Positions 1-9,021 are shown, counted from the first letter of the stretch. The stretch is 32,000 nucleotides of DNA from Candidatus Peribacter riflensis (GCA_001430755.1 CP013062.1:1080001-1112000), one strand, 5' to 3'. Numbers and translations: made by a program. Notes: a model not told the origin generated them from the letters alone.

Positions 1-1022
1 TCCGCCCCCGGGTGCGCTGCCGTGGAAAGATAATCGCGCGTGGTGAGCATGGCGACGAGGGGGCGCGGCCAGAGGGCCGCGAATAATCCAGCTGTCGTTC
101 CGAGCAGGAGGAGAACCAGAAAAGTCTTGCCCAGCAGGTCGCTCGTGTTTTCTCCCCGCTCGCGCCGCTCACTCACGACCGGGAGGATGGAGTTCAGCAG
201 GAACGTGGGGATGAGAAATCCCATCTCTCCCATCCGGAGGACGAAACCGTAGTAGGCATTCTGAATCTGAAAATCAGGACGGAGGAGTGCGATCATCGTC
301 ATATCGAACTGGCGGCAGAGCGCAAGGAGCAGGTACGCGGTCCCAAAGGGGAGTGCGCTCTGGAGCAGATACCGCATGGTTGGCCAATGCCAGCGGGCTG
401 CGAAAGTCACAAATCTTCGTGCGTAGATATACGAGAGGATGAGCAGCAGGAGCGCGCCGATGCCGCCAATGAGCGTGCAGAAGTAGAAGAGGTTCACATT
501 GTCGCTTCCCCGTGCCCCCAGAAAGACGACCATGCCCAACATGGCGGTGGTCAGCAGGCGCTGGCTGACCTCGGCGATGAAGACGTAATTCAGGCGGTAG
601 TGAATCTGGAAGACGGAGCGCAATGTGCCGGCGAGCAGGGTGAAGAACGGCGTGAAGGCGGCGAGTGTGATGCCGAGAGGCAGAGGGGTGCCGTGCCAGC
701 TCGGCAGAATCCATGCGAGCAGGATGGCCGAACCAAGCGAGAGCGTCAGGATGATTGAGCGCAGGAAGATGAGGGCGCTCAGTACTTCTTCTTTCCGGTC
801 CGAGCGGCTCATCTCGCGCACTGAAACTGCGTAGAGACCGAAATCTGCGAGAATGCCGAAGACCTGCAGGTATCCGTAGGAGGAGTTGTAGTATCCGGCC
901 ATTTCAAGGCTTAAGGCCGTCGCAACGAATTTAATGCCCAGAATCGACAGTGCAGCCATGGTGATCTGGCTGGCCAGTTGCCACAGTGTGGATGCGACGA
1001 TCTTTTTTCCGGCAGAAGGCAT
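1..1022 (-). CDS. Polysaccharide/oligosaccharide flippase, MOP (Wzx/PST-like) family; N-terminal ~340 aa, gene continues past window start
   Basis: Absent from the ORF track because it runs off the edge. Hand translation of the minus strand from ATG (1022..1020) gives an open frame: MPSAGKKIVASTLWQLASQITMAALSILGIKFVATALSLEMAGYYNSSYGYLQVFGILADFGLYAVSVREM... It continues as successive hydrophobic helices, a layout typical of PST/Wzx flippases. Confidence 0.6.
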   Translation of the reverse strand, partial: MPSAGKKIVASTLWQLASQITMAALSILGIKFVATALSLEMAGYYNSSYGYLQVFGILADFGLYAVSVREMSRSDRKEEVLSALIFLRSIILTLSLGSAILLAWILPSWHGTPLPLGITLAAFTPFFTLLAGTLRSVFQIHYRLNYVFIAEVSQRLLTTAMLGMVVFLGARGSDNVNLFYFCTLIGGIGALLLLILSYIYARRFVTFAARWHWPTMRYLLQSALPFGTAYLLLALCRQFDMTMIALLRPDFQIQNAYYGFVLRMGEMGFLIPTFLLNSILPVVSERRERGENTSDLLGKTFLVLLLLGTTAGLFAALWPRPLVAMLTTRDYLSTAAHPGA

Positions 1023-1115
1023 CGCAGCCGATTGTACGCGAAGAAAACGGGCCTGTCCCCCTCTCTGTCGCGGTGTAGACATCGCCCTGCCGCCGTCATA
1101 CGCTACTACCACCTT

Positions 1116-2033
1116 ATGCCGCTCCCCTTCCGCCACCTCACCTCAACGAAGCAGTTCTCGCGCAGTGATACAGATGCAGTACTCCAGGTGGCGGAGAAGA
1201 TGGAAAAGGTGCTCGCGAAGGGCGGGAGTGATCTGCTCGCGGGCAAGATTCTCGCTGCGCTCTTCTACGAGCCCAGCACCCGCACGCGCCTGAGTTTTGA
1301 AACGGCCATGCAGCGGCTGGGCGGCAACGTCATCACGGCCGACGGACTCCAATTCAGTTCGATGTACAAGGGCGAGACGGTGGAAGATACGATGATGGTG
1401 GTGGGGCAGTACGCCGATCTCATTGTCATGCGGCATCCCGAACAGGGCAGTGCCGATCGCGCCGCGTCGGTCTCGCCGGTGCCGTTCATCAATGCGGGAG
1501 ACGGGCCAGGGCAACACCCCACACAGGCGCTGCTCGACCTCTATACCATCCAGAAGGAGCGCGGCACGCTCGACGGCATTCACATCGCCATGGTCGGTGA
1601 TCTCAAATTCGGCCGCACGGTGCACTCCCTTTCCTTCCTGCTGGGTCTCTACCGCGATATCCGTTTCACACTCATCGCGCCCAAAGAGCTCGTCATGCCG
1701 CCGAAGGTGACGAGCTTTCTCAAAGAGAAGGGCATTTTCTATACCGAAACAGAAAATATGGAACAGGGGCTGGATGCCGATGTGCTCTACATGACGCGCG
1801 TACAGAAAGAGCGATTCGAGAAACCCGAGGAGTACGAGCGGCTTAAATTGAAATACATCCTGCGGCCCGAACAGGTGAGCGGTCGTTCCGTCACCGTGCT
1901 CCATCCGCTTCCGCGTGTCGGGGAAATCACTCCCGATGTCGATGCCCTCCCCAATGCCGCCTACTTCCGGCAGGTCCGTAACGGCGTAGTGGTCCGGATG
2001 GCTCTTTTGGCGATGCTTCTTCAAAAAGCATGA
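1116..2033 (+). CDS. pyrB: Aspartate carbamoyltransferase catalytic subunit
   Basis: ORF 978..2033 trimmed to the first ATG. The track start at 978 is a TTG and would overlap the divergent flippase start. Motifs present: EPSTRTRLSFE, GQHPTQALLD, HPLPR. The stop overlaps the pyrC start (ATGA at 2030). Confidence 0.9.
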   Translation: MPLPFRHLTSTKQFSRSDTDAVLQVAEKMEKVLAKGGSDLLAGKILAALFYEPSTRTRLSFETAMQRLGGNVITADGLQFSSMYKGETVEDTMMVVGQYADLIVMRHPEQGSADRAASVSPVPFINAGDGPGQHPTQALLDLYTIQKERGTLDGIHIAMVGDLKFGRTVHSLSFLLGLYRDIRFTLIAPKELVMPPKVTSFLKEKGIFYTETENMEQGLDADVLYMTRVQKERFEKPEEYERLKLKYILRPEQVSGRSVTVLHPLPRVGEITPDVDALPNAAYFRQVRNGVVVRMALLAMLLQKA

Positions 2034-3358
2034 CATCCCTTCTCGTTCGTGGAGGCACCATCGTTCGCCCGATGGGGGACGAGCGGGCAGATGTGCTCGT
2101 GAACGAAGGGATCATTCAGGAAATTCATGTGCGCACCACGAGTCCGCAGAAACTTCTGGCTGCCGATCAAACGATCGAGGCGGCGGGGCAACTCCTCTTC
2201 CCTGGTTTCATTGACACGCATGTGCACTTTCGCGAGCCGGGCCTGGAACACAAGGGGACGATGGAAACAGAATCACAGAGCGCGCTTGCCGGGGGGATCA
2301 CGACGGTCTGCGATATGCCGAATACCAATCCTCCCACTGTCTCTCTTGCCGCCCTTCACGAGAAAGTGCGCATTGCACAGGGGGTGTCTGCGTGCGATAT
2401 CCGTTTCTTTTTCGGAATCACTCAATCGTCGCATCTCACCGAACTGAGACAGCTGTGGACAGAACAGGAGCACGCGTCGCTCCGTGCCCACTGCGCCGGA
2501 GTGAAGCTCTACCTCGATCATTCCACCGGCAACCAGAAAGCGGTCAAGGGCGTTGCCGAGGAGACATTCCGTGTCTGCGCTGAACTAAAGATTCCGGTGG
2601 TCGCTCACTGCGAGGACCCGGTCCTCAATGCGCGCTCGGCGAAATTGAATGCACGTGACGACATTGCAGCGCACTCATCCATCCGCTCACCCGAGTCTGA
2701 GCAGCGTGCAATCTCCGTGGCGATTGAGCAGGCGAAGGCAGCCGGTGCGCACCTGCACATCGCGCATCTCTCCACCAGGCGCGGGCTGGAATTCGTGCGC
2801 CAGGCAAAGGCAGATGGCCTGTCTGTGACGTGCGAAGTGGCGCCCCACCATCTCTTCCTCTCCACCGAAGACTACGAATCCCTCGGAGCCCTTGCCAAAA
2901 TGAATCCCCCCCTGCGCACACCTGATCACGCAGAGGCGCTCTGGGGAGGAATTCAGGATGGCACAGTCGACTGCATCGCCAGCGATCACGCCCCGCACAC
3001 TCTGGAAGAGAAACAGGCGTTGCCGGCCCTCTCCGCTCCGAGTGGCGTTCCGGGAGTGGAAACAATGATCCCGCTTCTCCTCACCGTTGCGGCAGGGTGC
3101 TGGCCGCATCCCCGCCGCCGCCTTCCCGCCCCCAAACTGCTCTACACCGACATCCGCCGCCTCTGCTTCGATCGCCCCAATCAGATTTTCTCCCTGGGAT
3201 GCAGAATGATGGAGAAGGGAGCGCCCGCCAACATCGTGCTTGTCCATCCCGAAGAGGAATGGGAGCTGAAAGGAGCCAAGCTGCACAGCAAGTGCGGCTG
3301 GACGCCGTACGAGGGCTGGAAGGTAATGGGGAAGGCGACGGTCGTCGGACGGTGGTAA
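2030..3358 (+). CDS. pyrC: Dihydroorotase (cyclic amidohydrolase family)
   Basis: Motifs FPGFIDTHVHFREPG (HxH metal site), VVAHCED and ASDHAPH. Translationally coupled to pyrB. Confidence 0.85.
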   Translation: MTSLLVRGGTIVRPMGDERADVLVNEGIIQEIHVRTTSPQKLLAADQTIEAAGQLLFPGFIDTHVHFREPGLEHKGTMETESQSALAGGITTVCDMPNTNPPTVSLAALHEKVRIAQGVSACDIRFFFGITQSSHLTELRQLWTEQEHASLRAHCAGVKLYLDHSTGNQKAVKGVAEETFRVCAELKIPVVAHCEDPVLNARSAKLNARDDIAAHSSIRSPESEQRAISVAIEQAKAAGAHLHIAHLSTRRGLEFVRQAKADGLSVTCEVAPHHLFLSTEDYESLGALAKMNPPLRTPDHAEALWGGIQDGTVDCIASDHAPHTLEEKQALPALSAPSGVPGVETMIPLLLTVAAGCWPHPRRRLPAPKLLYTDIRRLCFDRPNQIFSLGCRMMEKGAPANIVLVHPEEEWELKGAKLHSKCGWTPYEGWKVMGKATVVGRW

Positions 3359-3626
3359 AAAAAGAGCCCCGTATGAGGAAGCCCTGTTTTTGTGTACCGA
3401 TGATGTGCGCTGGGATTCTTTATCCTCTGCGTCCCCATTCTTGGGTCATTGGGTGTGTTGGAAATGAAATAGAAATTATGAGAGTGCCGAGGTCAGATTT
3501 CCACGATAAGCGGAATCACCATCCCCCTTCGCCCCCAGTTACTCGGGAGGGGCATCATGCGTAATGATTCTTGAGTCATGGGAGGCTACGGGGGACGAGA
3601 AGTGAAAGTTAATGAAAGTATTGAGA

Positions 3627-5555
3627 TCAGACCTCCACAATGAGAGGAATGACCATCGGTTCGCGGTCGAGTTTGCGGTCGAAGTAGCGGTAGAGGGCGC
3701 CGCTGACGGCGCGCTTGATGGCATGACGATCCGTCTCGCCGCGCGCAACGGCTTCGTCATAAGCCTTACGGACCACGTCGGAGGCGTTTTTGGTGATGAC
3801 GACCTGTTCCGATCCATAGATGAGTCCGCGCGAGATGATGTCGGGATCCCCGACGAGGCGCTTGCTCTGGGCGTACGCGCGCAGCATGACGATGATCACG
3901 CCGGCCGAGCTCATCACCTTGCGGTCGTTGAGCACGCGCTGGCCTTCGCCGGCGCTGCCGAGTCCGTCGATGATGACATCCTGGATGAGGAACTTCTGCT
4001 TACTCTTGCGGGCGTTCCCCTGCTGGTCGAACTCCAGAATATCGCCGTTCACGAGTGAGTGGATGCGGTTTTCCTCATAGCCCAACCTGCGGGCGAGATC
4101 TGCATGTGCGGCGCACATGTAGGGTTCGCCGTGTTCTGGAATGATGTGCTTGGCACGAACGAGCTGGTGCATGAGCAGGATGTCGCCCTGCTGGCCGTGG
4201 CCGGTCGTGTGCAGAGCGAGATCCGCATTGGTCTTCACGATCGCGCCTTTCAAATGAAGGTTATTGATGACCTTCGAGACGGCGCGCTCGTTGCCGATAA
4301 TGGGGTTGCTGCTCAGGATAACGGTATCACCGGCCTTGATGGAGATGTGTCGGTGTGTGCCCAGCCCGATGCGGGCGAGCCCTGCCATCTCTTCGCCCTG
4401 GCTGCCCGTGGTGATGATGATGGTTTCGCGGTCGGGGGTCTTCTCCATGCCGGGGCCTGCCTTGCGGATGAGACCGCGCGGAGCTCTGAGGTAGCCCAGG
4501 TTCTGGGCGATCTCGAAGTTTGTCTCCATGCTGCGGCCCGAGATGAAGACCTTGCGGTTGTAGGTGCGCGCATGATCGATGATCTGTTGCATGCGGTTCA
4601 AGAGCGAGCTGAAGGTCGAGATGATGATCCGTCCCTTCGCGTCGCGGATGAGCCCGTGAAGCGTTTCGGAAATTTCCTTTTCGCTCTTACTGTTCCCCGG
4701 CTTGGTGGCGTTGGTGGAATCCGCGACAATGGCGAGGACACCCTTTTCTCCCAGCTGAGCGAAGCGCTGAAAGTCCGCCGCCGGTTCATTCATGGGGGTT
4801 AAGTCGAATTTGAAATCCCCCGTGTGGAGGATCGTCCCATACGGAGTGTGCACGGCGATCGAGGCGGAATCCGGGATACTGTGCGTCACGCGAAGGAATT
4901 CCACTTCAACGCGCCCGATGCGGATTTTCTGCCCGTAGTTCACGTTGTTGAGCCGCGCCTTGGAGGTGATATGCGTCTCATCTAGGCGCTTGCGCACGAA
5001 AGCCATAGTGAGCTTCGTGCCGAACATGGGCGGAAAGTGGAGTTGCGGCAGCAGATGCTGCACGGCTCCAATGTGGTCCAAGTGCCCGTGCGTGAACAGC
5101 AGGGCCTTGATGCGGTTCTCCTTTCCCTTTAAAGGAGAGATATCCGGCACGAGATAATCGATGCCGAGCATGTCTTCGTCCGGGAATTGGAGGCCCAAAT
5201 CGATGATGTAGAGATCGCCATCAACATCAATGACGAAGCAGTTGCGTCCGACTTGCTCGAACCCGCCGAGCGGATAGAGCTTGAGTCCCCCGCGTCCGCG
5301 GGGCTGGTTCTGCTGCGGCTGCTGCTGCGGCCGGATGTTCGGTCCATTCCCCATAGGGGGGCGTGGAGCCGGGCGTTGCTGCGGAACGAAGGAACGCGGA
5401 GGCTTTCCCCTGGGGTGAGCATTGTCGAATCCCTGGTCGCCTGTGCGAGGGGGAGGAGGTGTAGACCCCGTTGCGCTCTGCGCGAGGTGCGGGGTGGAAG
5501 AGGACGGTGGTTGATCCCCAAGTTTCTTCTGTAACCACTCACTGACTGTTTTCAT
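3627..5555 (-). CDS. rnj: Ribonuclease J with a ~115-aa Pro/Gln/Arg-rich N-terminal extension
   Basis: LKLYPLGGFEQVGRNCFVIDV followed by LFTHGHLDHIGAV (HxHxDH metallo-beta-lactamase), then beta-CASP and a C-terminal domain. I chose the start MKTVSEW (ATG at 5555). The alternative ATG at 5633 adds 26 implausible residues. Confidence 0.85.
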   Translation of the reverse strand: MKTVSEWLQKKLGDQPPSSSTPHLAQSATGSTPPPPRTGDQGFDNAHPRGKPPRSFVPQQRPAPRPPMGNGPNIRPQQQPQQNQPRGRGGLKLYPLGGFEQVGRNCFVIDVDGDLYIIDLGLQFPDEDMLGIDYLVPDISPLKGKENRIKALLFTHGHLDHIGAVQHLLPQLHFPPMFGTKLTMAFVRKRLDETHITSKARLNNVNYGQKIRIGRVEVEFLRVTHSIPDSASIAVHTPYGTILHTGDFKFDLTPMNEPAADFQRFAQLGEKGVLAIVADSTNATKPGNSKSEKEISETLHGLIRDAKGRIIISTFSSLLNRMQQIIDHARTYNRKVFISGRSMETNFEIAQNLGYLRAPRGLIRKAGPGMEKTPDRETIIITTGSQGEEMAGLARIGLGTHRHISIKAGDTVILSSNPIIGNERAVSKVINNLHLKGAIVKTNADLALHTTGHGQQGDILLMHQLVRAKHIIPEHGEPYMCAAHADLARRLGYEENRIHSLVNGDILEFDQQGNARKSKQKFLIQDVIIDGLGSAGEGQRVLNDRKVMSSAGVIIVMLRAYAQSKRLVGDPDIISRGLIYGSEQVVITKNASDVVRKAYDEAVARGETDRHAIKRAVSGALYRYFDRKLDREPMVIPLIVEV

Positions 5556-5781
5556 TACGTGATGATTGAAAGTAAACGATGTATGCCACCATGGTACTCC
5601 CGTGAGGCTAAAAAAGCAACCATGACTTGTCATATATTCGAGATTTTGGCTTCAGCTCAACAAATTTTTAGTTTCATTTTTTGCTCCACAGCTCTGTCGG
5701 GCTGTCGTGGAGGAGGCGGGGGATCCTCCCAAAACAGGCGCTTGCTCCTTTTACGCAACCTAGGGTAGCCTGAGCCCCTGT

Positions 5782-7731
5782 ATGGACGTGACGGTCCAGA
5801 CGGGCATGACCAAATCGACAAAAGGGGTTTCCCTCGTCGCTCTTTCGTTTGTCTCGTCGCAGAAGGAACAGGTGTGTCTCCTCCTCGAGACAGAGGCAGA
5901 TGCATCAGAGGCCAAGACCGTGGAGAAAGAATGTGTTGCTGTGGTGGAGCATGCCCTGCTCGAGACCGACGGCGGGGCGGCAGAACGGCTGGATGGCACA
6001 CTCAAGGAACTGAATGGGCTCCTGAAAGGGCTCATCCTCTCCAAGGCCATTGATGGCATTCATGCCATTGTCGCCATCGTGGACCGCGATCTGACGCTCC
6101 ATGTTTCTCATGCGGGGAGTGCGGAGGCCTATATCATCCGTGCGGGAGCGGCCAGCCAGATTACGGAATACACGCGCGGCAAACCCGTTCCTGCCTTCGT
6201 GCACATTGCCAGCGGGCGGGTGGAGGCACGCGATACAGTGGTGTTCTCGACGCAGCGGCTTCTGCGGGCGGTCACTCCGGCGCAGCTGGCTCAGCACGCG
6301 CAGCACGGGGATCAGCTCCTCGATGAATTGGTGAATACGCTGGAATCGGAGCGTGAGCACGCAGCACTTGCAGTGATGCATGCCAGCGGCGGGCAGATGA
6401 AAATCGGCGAGACATCCGGACGGTCAGTTGCCCGGGCGCTGCCAGCCAGGCGCGATCGGCGCGGGCGGAGCTGGGGGGCCATGGCCGCCGTCGCAAAAAT
6501 CGGCGAGCGGGGCAAGGAGTTTCTTTCGCTCGACATCTTCCGCCGGGGTTGGGAGAAGCTCAGTGGCTGGACGGCAGGTTTTCTTGTCGATCTCAAGCAT
6601 CCCCAGCGCAAGCGCCGGGCACACCTGCTCATTGTTGCGGGGGCGCTGGCGATTTTCATCGTGCTCTGGGTCATCGTGAATCTCTCGGCTTCGACGGAGC
6701 GTGGGAAGACCAAAGCAGAGCTCACGCAGCTCATGGAGCAGATCGATCAGGAAATCCGCACGTCAGAGAACCGCCAGCTGAGCGGCGACATCGACGGGGC
6801 CAACCTCGTTCTTGACCGCGCGCAGGAAGAGGCTGAGCAGATCATGAATAACGAGAGCGGCCTCTACCGCCGCGAGGCCTTGGACCTTCTCGATCGCATT
6901 CGGACGAAAAAAGAAGAGATCAACCACATCGTGCGCCTCTCGCCGCGCCTCGTCGTGAATGCGACGGCCAAGAGTGCCAGTATCACCCTCATCGGCATGG
7001 TGGGGCTCACAGACGGAGAGTTTGTGCTCTATGACCAGCAGAACCACTACCGTGCCCTGCTGAACGCCATTGATGATCCTCAGAAGATCTCTGCCCAAGA
7101 GACCATCACCGACGCCGCAGGGTTTGCGCGGTATCAGACAGTCATCTTCCAGACAGCCGCCAACAGCATCATCGAGACGATCGGCGGGCAGCCCACCACC
7201 ATGAAAACGGAGGACCCGGCGGGCTGGATCAGCGGAACAGATATCAAAACCTACCTCCGGTTTCTCTATCTGCTCTCGCCCGAGAACAATCAGATCTACA
7301 AGTACGAGCGCCTCAGTAACCGCTACGGAGCGCCCACTGAGTACAACGTGAATGGCAAGCTGGAGGGGGCGATCGATATGGCGGTGGACGGAGCGATCTT
7401 CATACTCAAGCGCGGGGGAGAGGTGGTGAAGCTCTTCCGCGGCGAAGTGCAGCCCTTTGCGATCCGCCATGCGCCAGAAGAGAAGATCCTCGCGACGGCC
7501 ACCAAGGTCTTCAAGGTCCCGGGCGGCAATCTCTACTTCCTCGATCCGACGGGCGCACGGGTGATTGTGGCCACCGATGGCGGAACCATGGGAGAATCTT
7601 CCTACAAGATGCAGTATGTGCTCGAGGGCGATCAGATTGGCACGCTCAAGGATCTGTTCGTCGATGCGGACGAAGCGCACCTCTACGTGCTGGATGAGAA
7701 GCGGCTGCACGTTGTGGATCTGGCGAAATAG
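5782..7731 (+). CDS. Membrane protein: degenerate PP2C-like N-terminal domain, one TM helix, coiled coil, beta-rich repeat C-terminal domain
   Basis: 649-aa ORF with an ATG start. LTLHVSHAGSAEAYIIRAGAASQITE resembles the PP2C 'lyvanvGDSRayl.r.g...qlT' block, but GDSR is replaced by AGSA. TM helix AHLLIVAGALAIFIVLWVIVNL. The C-terminus carries repeated 'lY.LD' style strands. Confidence 0.55.
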   Translation: MDVTVQTGMTKSTKGVSLVALSFVSSQKEQVCLLLETEADASEAKTVEKECVAVVEHALLETDGGAAERLDGTLKELNGLLKGLILSKAIDGIHAIVAIVDRDLTLHVSHAGSAEAYIIRAGAASQITEYTRGKPVPAFVHIASGRVEARDTVVFSTQRLLRAVTPAQLAQHAQHGDQLLDELVNTLESEREHAALAVMHASGGQMKIGETSGRSVARALPARRDRRGRSWGAMAAVAKIGERGKEFLSLDIFRRGWEKLSGWTAGFLVDLKHPQRKRRAHLLIVAGALAIFIVLWVIVNLSASTERGKTKAELTQLMEQIDQEIRTSENRQLSGDIDGANLVLDRAQEEAEQIMNNESGLYRREALDLLDRIRTKKEEINHIVRLSPRLVVNATAKSASITLIGMVGLTDGEFVLYDQQNHYRALLNAIDDPQKISAQETITDAAGFARYQTVIFQTAANSIIETIGGQPTTMKTEDPAGWISGTDIKTYLRFLYLLSPENNQIYKYERLSNRYGAPTEYNVNGKLEGAIDMAVDGAIFILKRGGEVVKLFRGEVQPFAIRHAPEEKILATATKVFKVPGGNLYFLDPTGARVIVATDGGTMGESSYKMQYVLEGDQIGTLKDLFVDADEAHLYVLDEKRLHVVDLAK

Positions 7732-7898
7732 CTTTATGGAAGTGATGGTGCAGTCGAAGAGGAATTAGGAATAAAGAATTAAGAATCAGGCACGAAAAAT
7801 CAAAAGAAATCGGCATGGGGATTTAGATCCGTTATTTATCAATCATTATTCTTTATTCATAATTCTTACTTCTTCCAAAAAATCAGAAATACTTCCAC

Positions 7899-7904
7899 TA
7901 TCAT
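7899..7904 (+). promoter_or_regulatory. Candidate -10 box (TATCAT) 6 nt upstream of the ATG at 7911; implies a leaderless or near-leaderless mRNA
   Basis: Sequence cacTATCATccatacATG at the end of a 180-nt AT-rich spacer. The same hexamer occurs in the response-regulator promoter at 17699. Confidence 0.35.
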
Positions 7905-7910
7905 CCATAC

Positions 7911-8297
7911 ATGAGAGTCCTCATCTTCGGAACCTTCGACCAACTGCACCCGGGACACCGGTTCGTCCTGGAGCAGGCGCGTATGCGCGGGGATCTGACC
8001 GTGGTCGTTTCGCGCGATGCCACAGTGGAGCGGTGCAAGGGCAGACTCCCGATTCAGACGGAGGAGGAGCGGCGTCTGGCGGTTGAACAGATGATGCCCG
8101 GCGTACGTGTCGTTCTGGGGGACCGGCAAGATTACCTCAGGCCCGTCAGAGAACTGCTGCCCGCTCTCATCCTGCTCGGGTACGACCAGGAGCTTCCACA
8201 GGGTGTTCAGGCAGAATCCCTGCCCTGCCCGCTGGAACGCCTGCCGGCGTTTCACCCCGAGCTCTACAAGAGCAGCCTGCAGCGGGGCCACCGATAG
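7911..8297 (+). CDS. Cytidylyltransferase-like nucleotidyltransferase (RibL/FAD synthase or PPAT-like small family)
   Basis: N-terminal MRVLIFGTFDQLHPGH carries the (T/H)xGH nucleotidyltransferase signature. Size is 128 aa. Confidence 0.6.
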   Translation: MRVLIFGTFDQLHPGHRFVLEQARMRGDLTVVVSRDATVERCKGRLPIQTEEERRLAVEQMMPGVRVVLGDRQDYLRPVRELLPALILLGYDQELPQGVQAESLPCPLERLPAFHPELYKSSLQRGHR

Positions 8298-8344
8298 CCG
8301 CTCCAGCTGCGCATGTCTGCAGGATGGTAAGAGTGGCACATTTC

Positions 8345-8353
8345 TGCTATAAT
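8345..8353 (+). promoter_or_regulatory. Extended -10 promoter TGCTATAAT, 20 nt upstream of the ATG at 8374
   Basis: TGnTATAAT match. Its spacing to the start codon is identical to the promoters at 17699 and 27489. Confidence 0.45.
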
Positions 8354-8373
8354 GATGAGATTTCTCATCTCTC

Positions 8374-8982
8374 ATGGAAACAAACAACACACGCCGCCCC
8401 TCCCTTTGGAAACAGCTCCTCGGTGCCGTAGGTGGCGCCGCGATTGCCCTGCTGCTCTATCAGGCATACAAGGTCAGCGCCCCGATCGTTACGGCATGGC
8501 TCGTTGTGCCCCAGTCACAGATCGATGCGGAGCATCCGGGGGCAACGCGCGTGAATGCCGAAGTGAGTGACTACGAATTCGATCGACTCACCGCGAAGGC
8601 CAGGGAAATCTACGAGCGCTTCGCAGCGGAACAGGGGCCGCAGGCCAACGTGCTCCCGGGAGGGATTGAGGTGACACAGCCCACTCCCATCAGCTCCAGC
8701 TCGATCGCACGGGTGGATCTGGAAGATCTGGTTGCCAGCTCCTCCTCGGCAGCGTTCTCTGCCATGGCCGTGGAGACCGCGTCTTCTTCGGTGATGGCTC
8801 AGGCAGAGCAGGTTGTCCTTGCGACAGAGAGCGCCTCTTCGGCCCGTGTACGTGCCGACACGCAGCTTCAGGCGAAGCTGGCTGGCGAAAGCCTCCCCAG
8901 TTCCGGCATCGGAACGACGCTGGCTGCCGCGCTCGCGCTCGGTGCCGCGGCAACGTTCCACAGAAAGCAGAAGGCGCGGTGA
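8374..8982 (+). CDS. Ser/Ala-rich surface protein with N-terminal signal-anchor and C-terminal sortase-type sorting signal (LPSSG, hydrophobic stretch, basic tail)
   Basis: N-terminal TM LLGAVGGAAIALLLYQAY. The C-terminus is ...ESLPSSGIGTTLAAALALGAAATFHRKQKAR*. Confidence 0.6.
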   Translation: METNNTRRPSLWKQLLGAVGGAAIALLLYQAYKVSAPIVTAWLVVPQSQIDAEHPGATRVNAEVSDYEFDRLTAKAREIYERFAAEQGPQANVLPGGIEVTQPTPISSSSIARVDLEDLVASSSSAAFSAMAVETASSSVMAQAEQVVLATESASSARVRADTQLQAKLAGESLPSSGIGTTLAAALALGAAATFHRKQKAR

Positions 8983-9021
8983 GCTATCCGTCGCACTGCG
9001 AATCCACTACAGTGAGGAACG

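Noticed and set aside
1143-2036. 297-aa antisense ORF opposite pyrB (similar cases: 2687..3286, 4059..4802, 6763..7710, 10466..11185, 16359..17087)
   Set aside because: All lie antisense to genes with strong family signatures and have compositions typical of GC-rich shadow frames.
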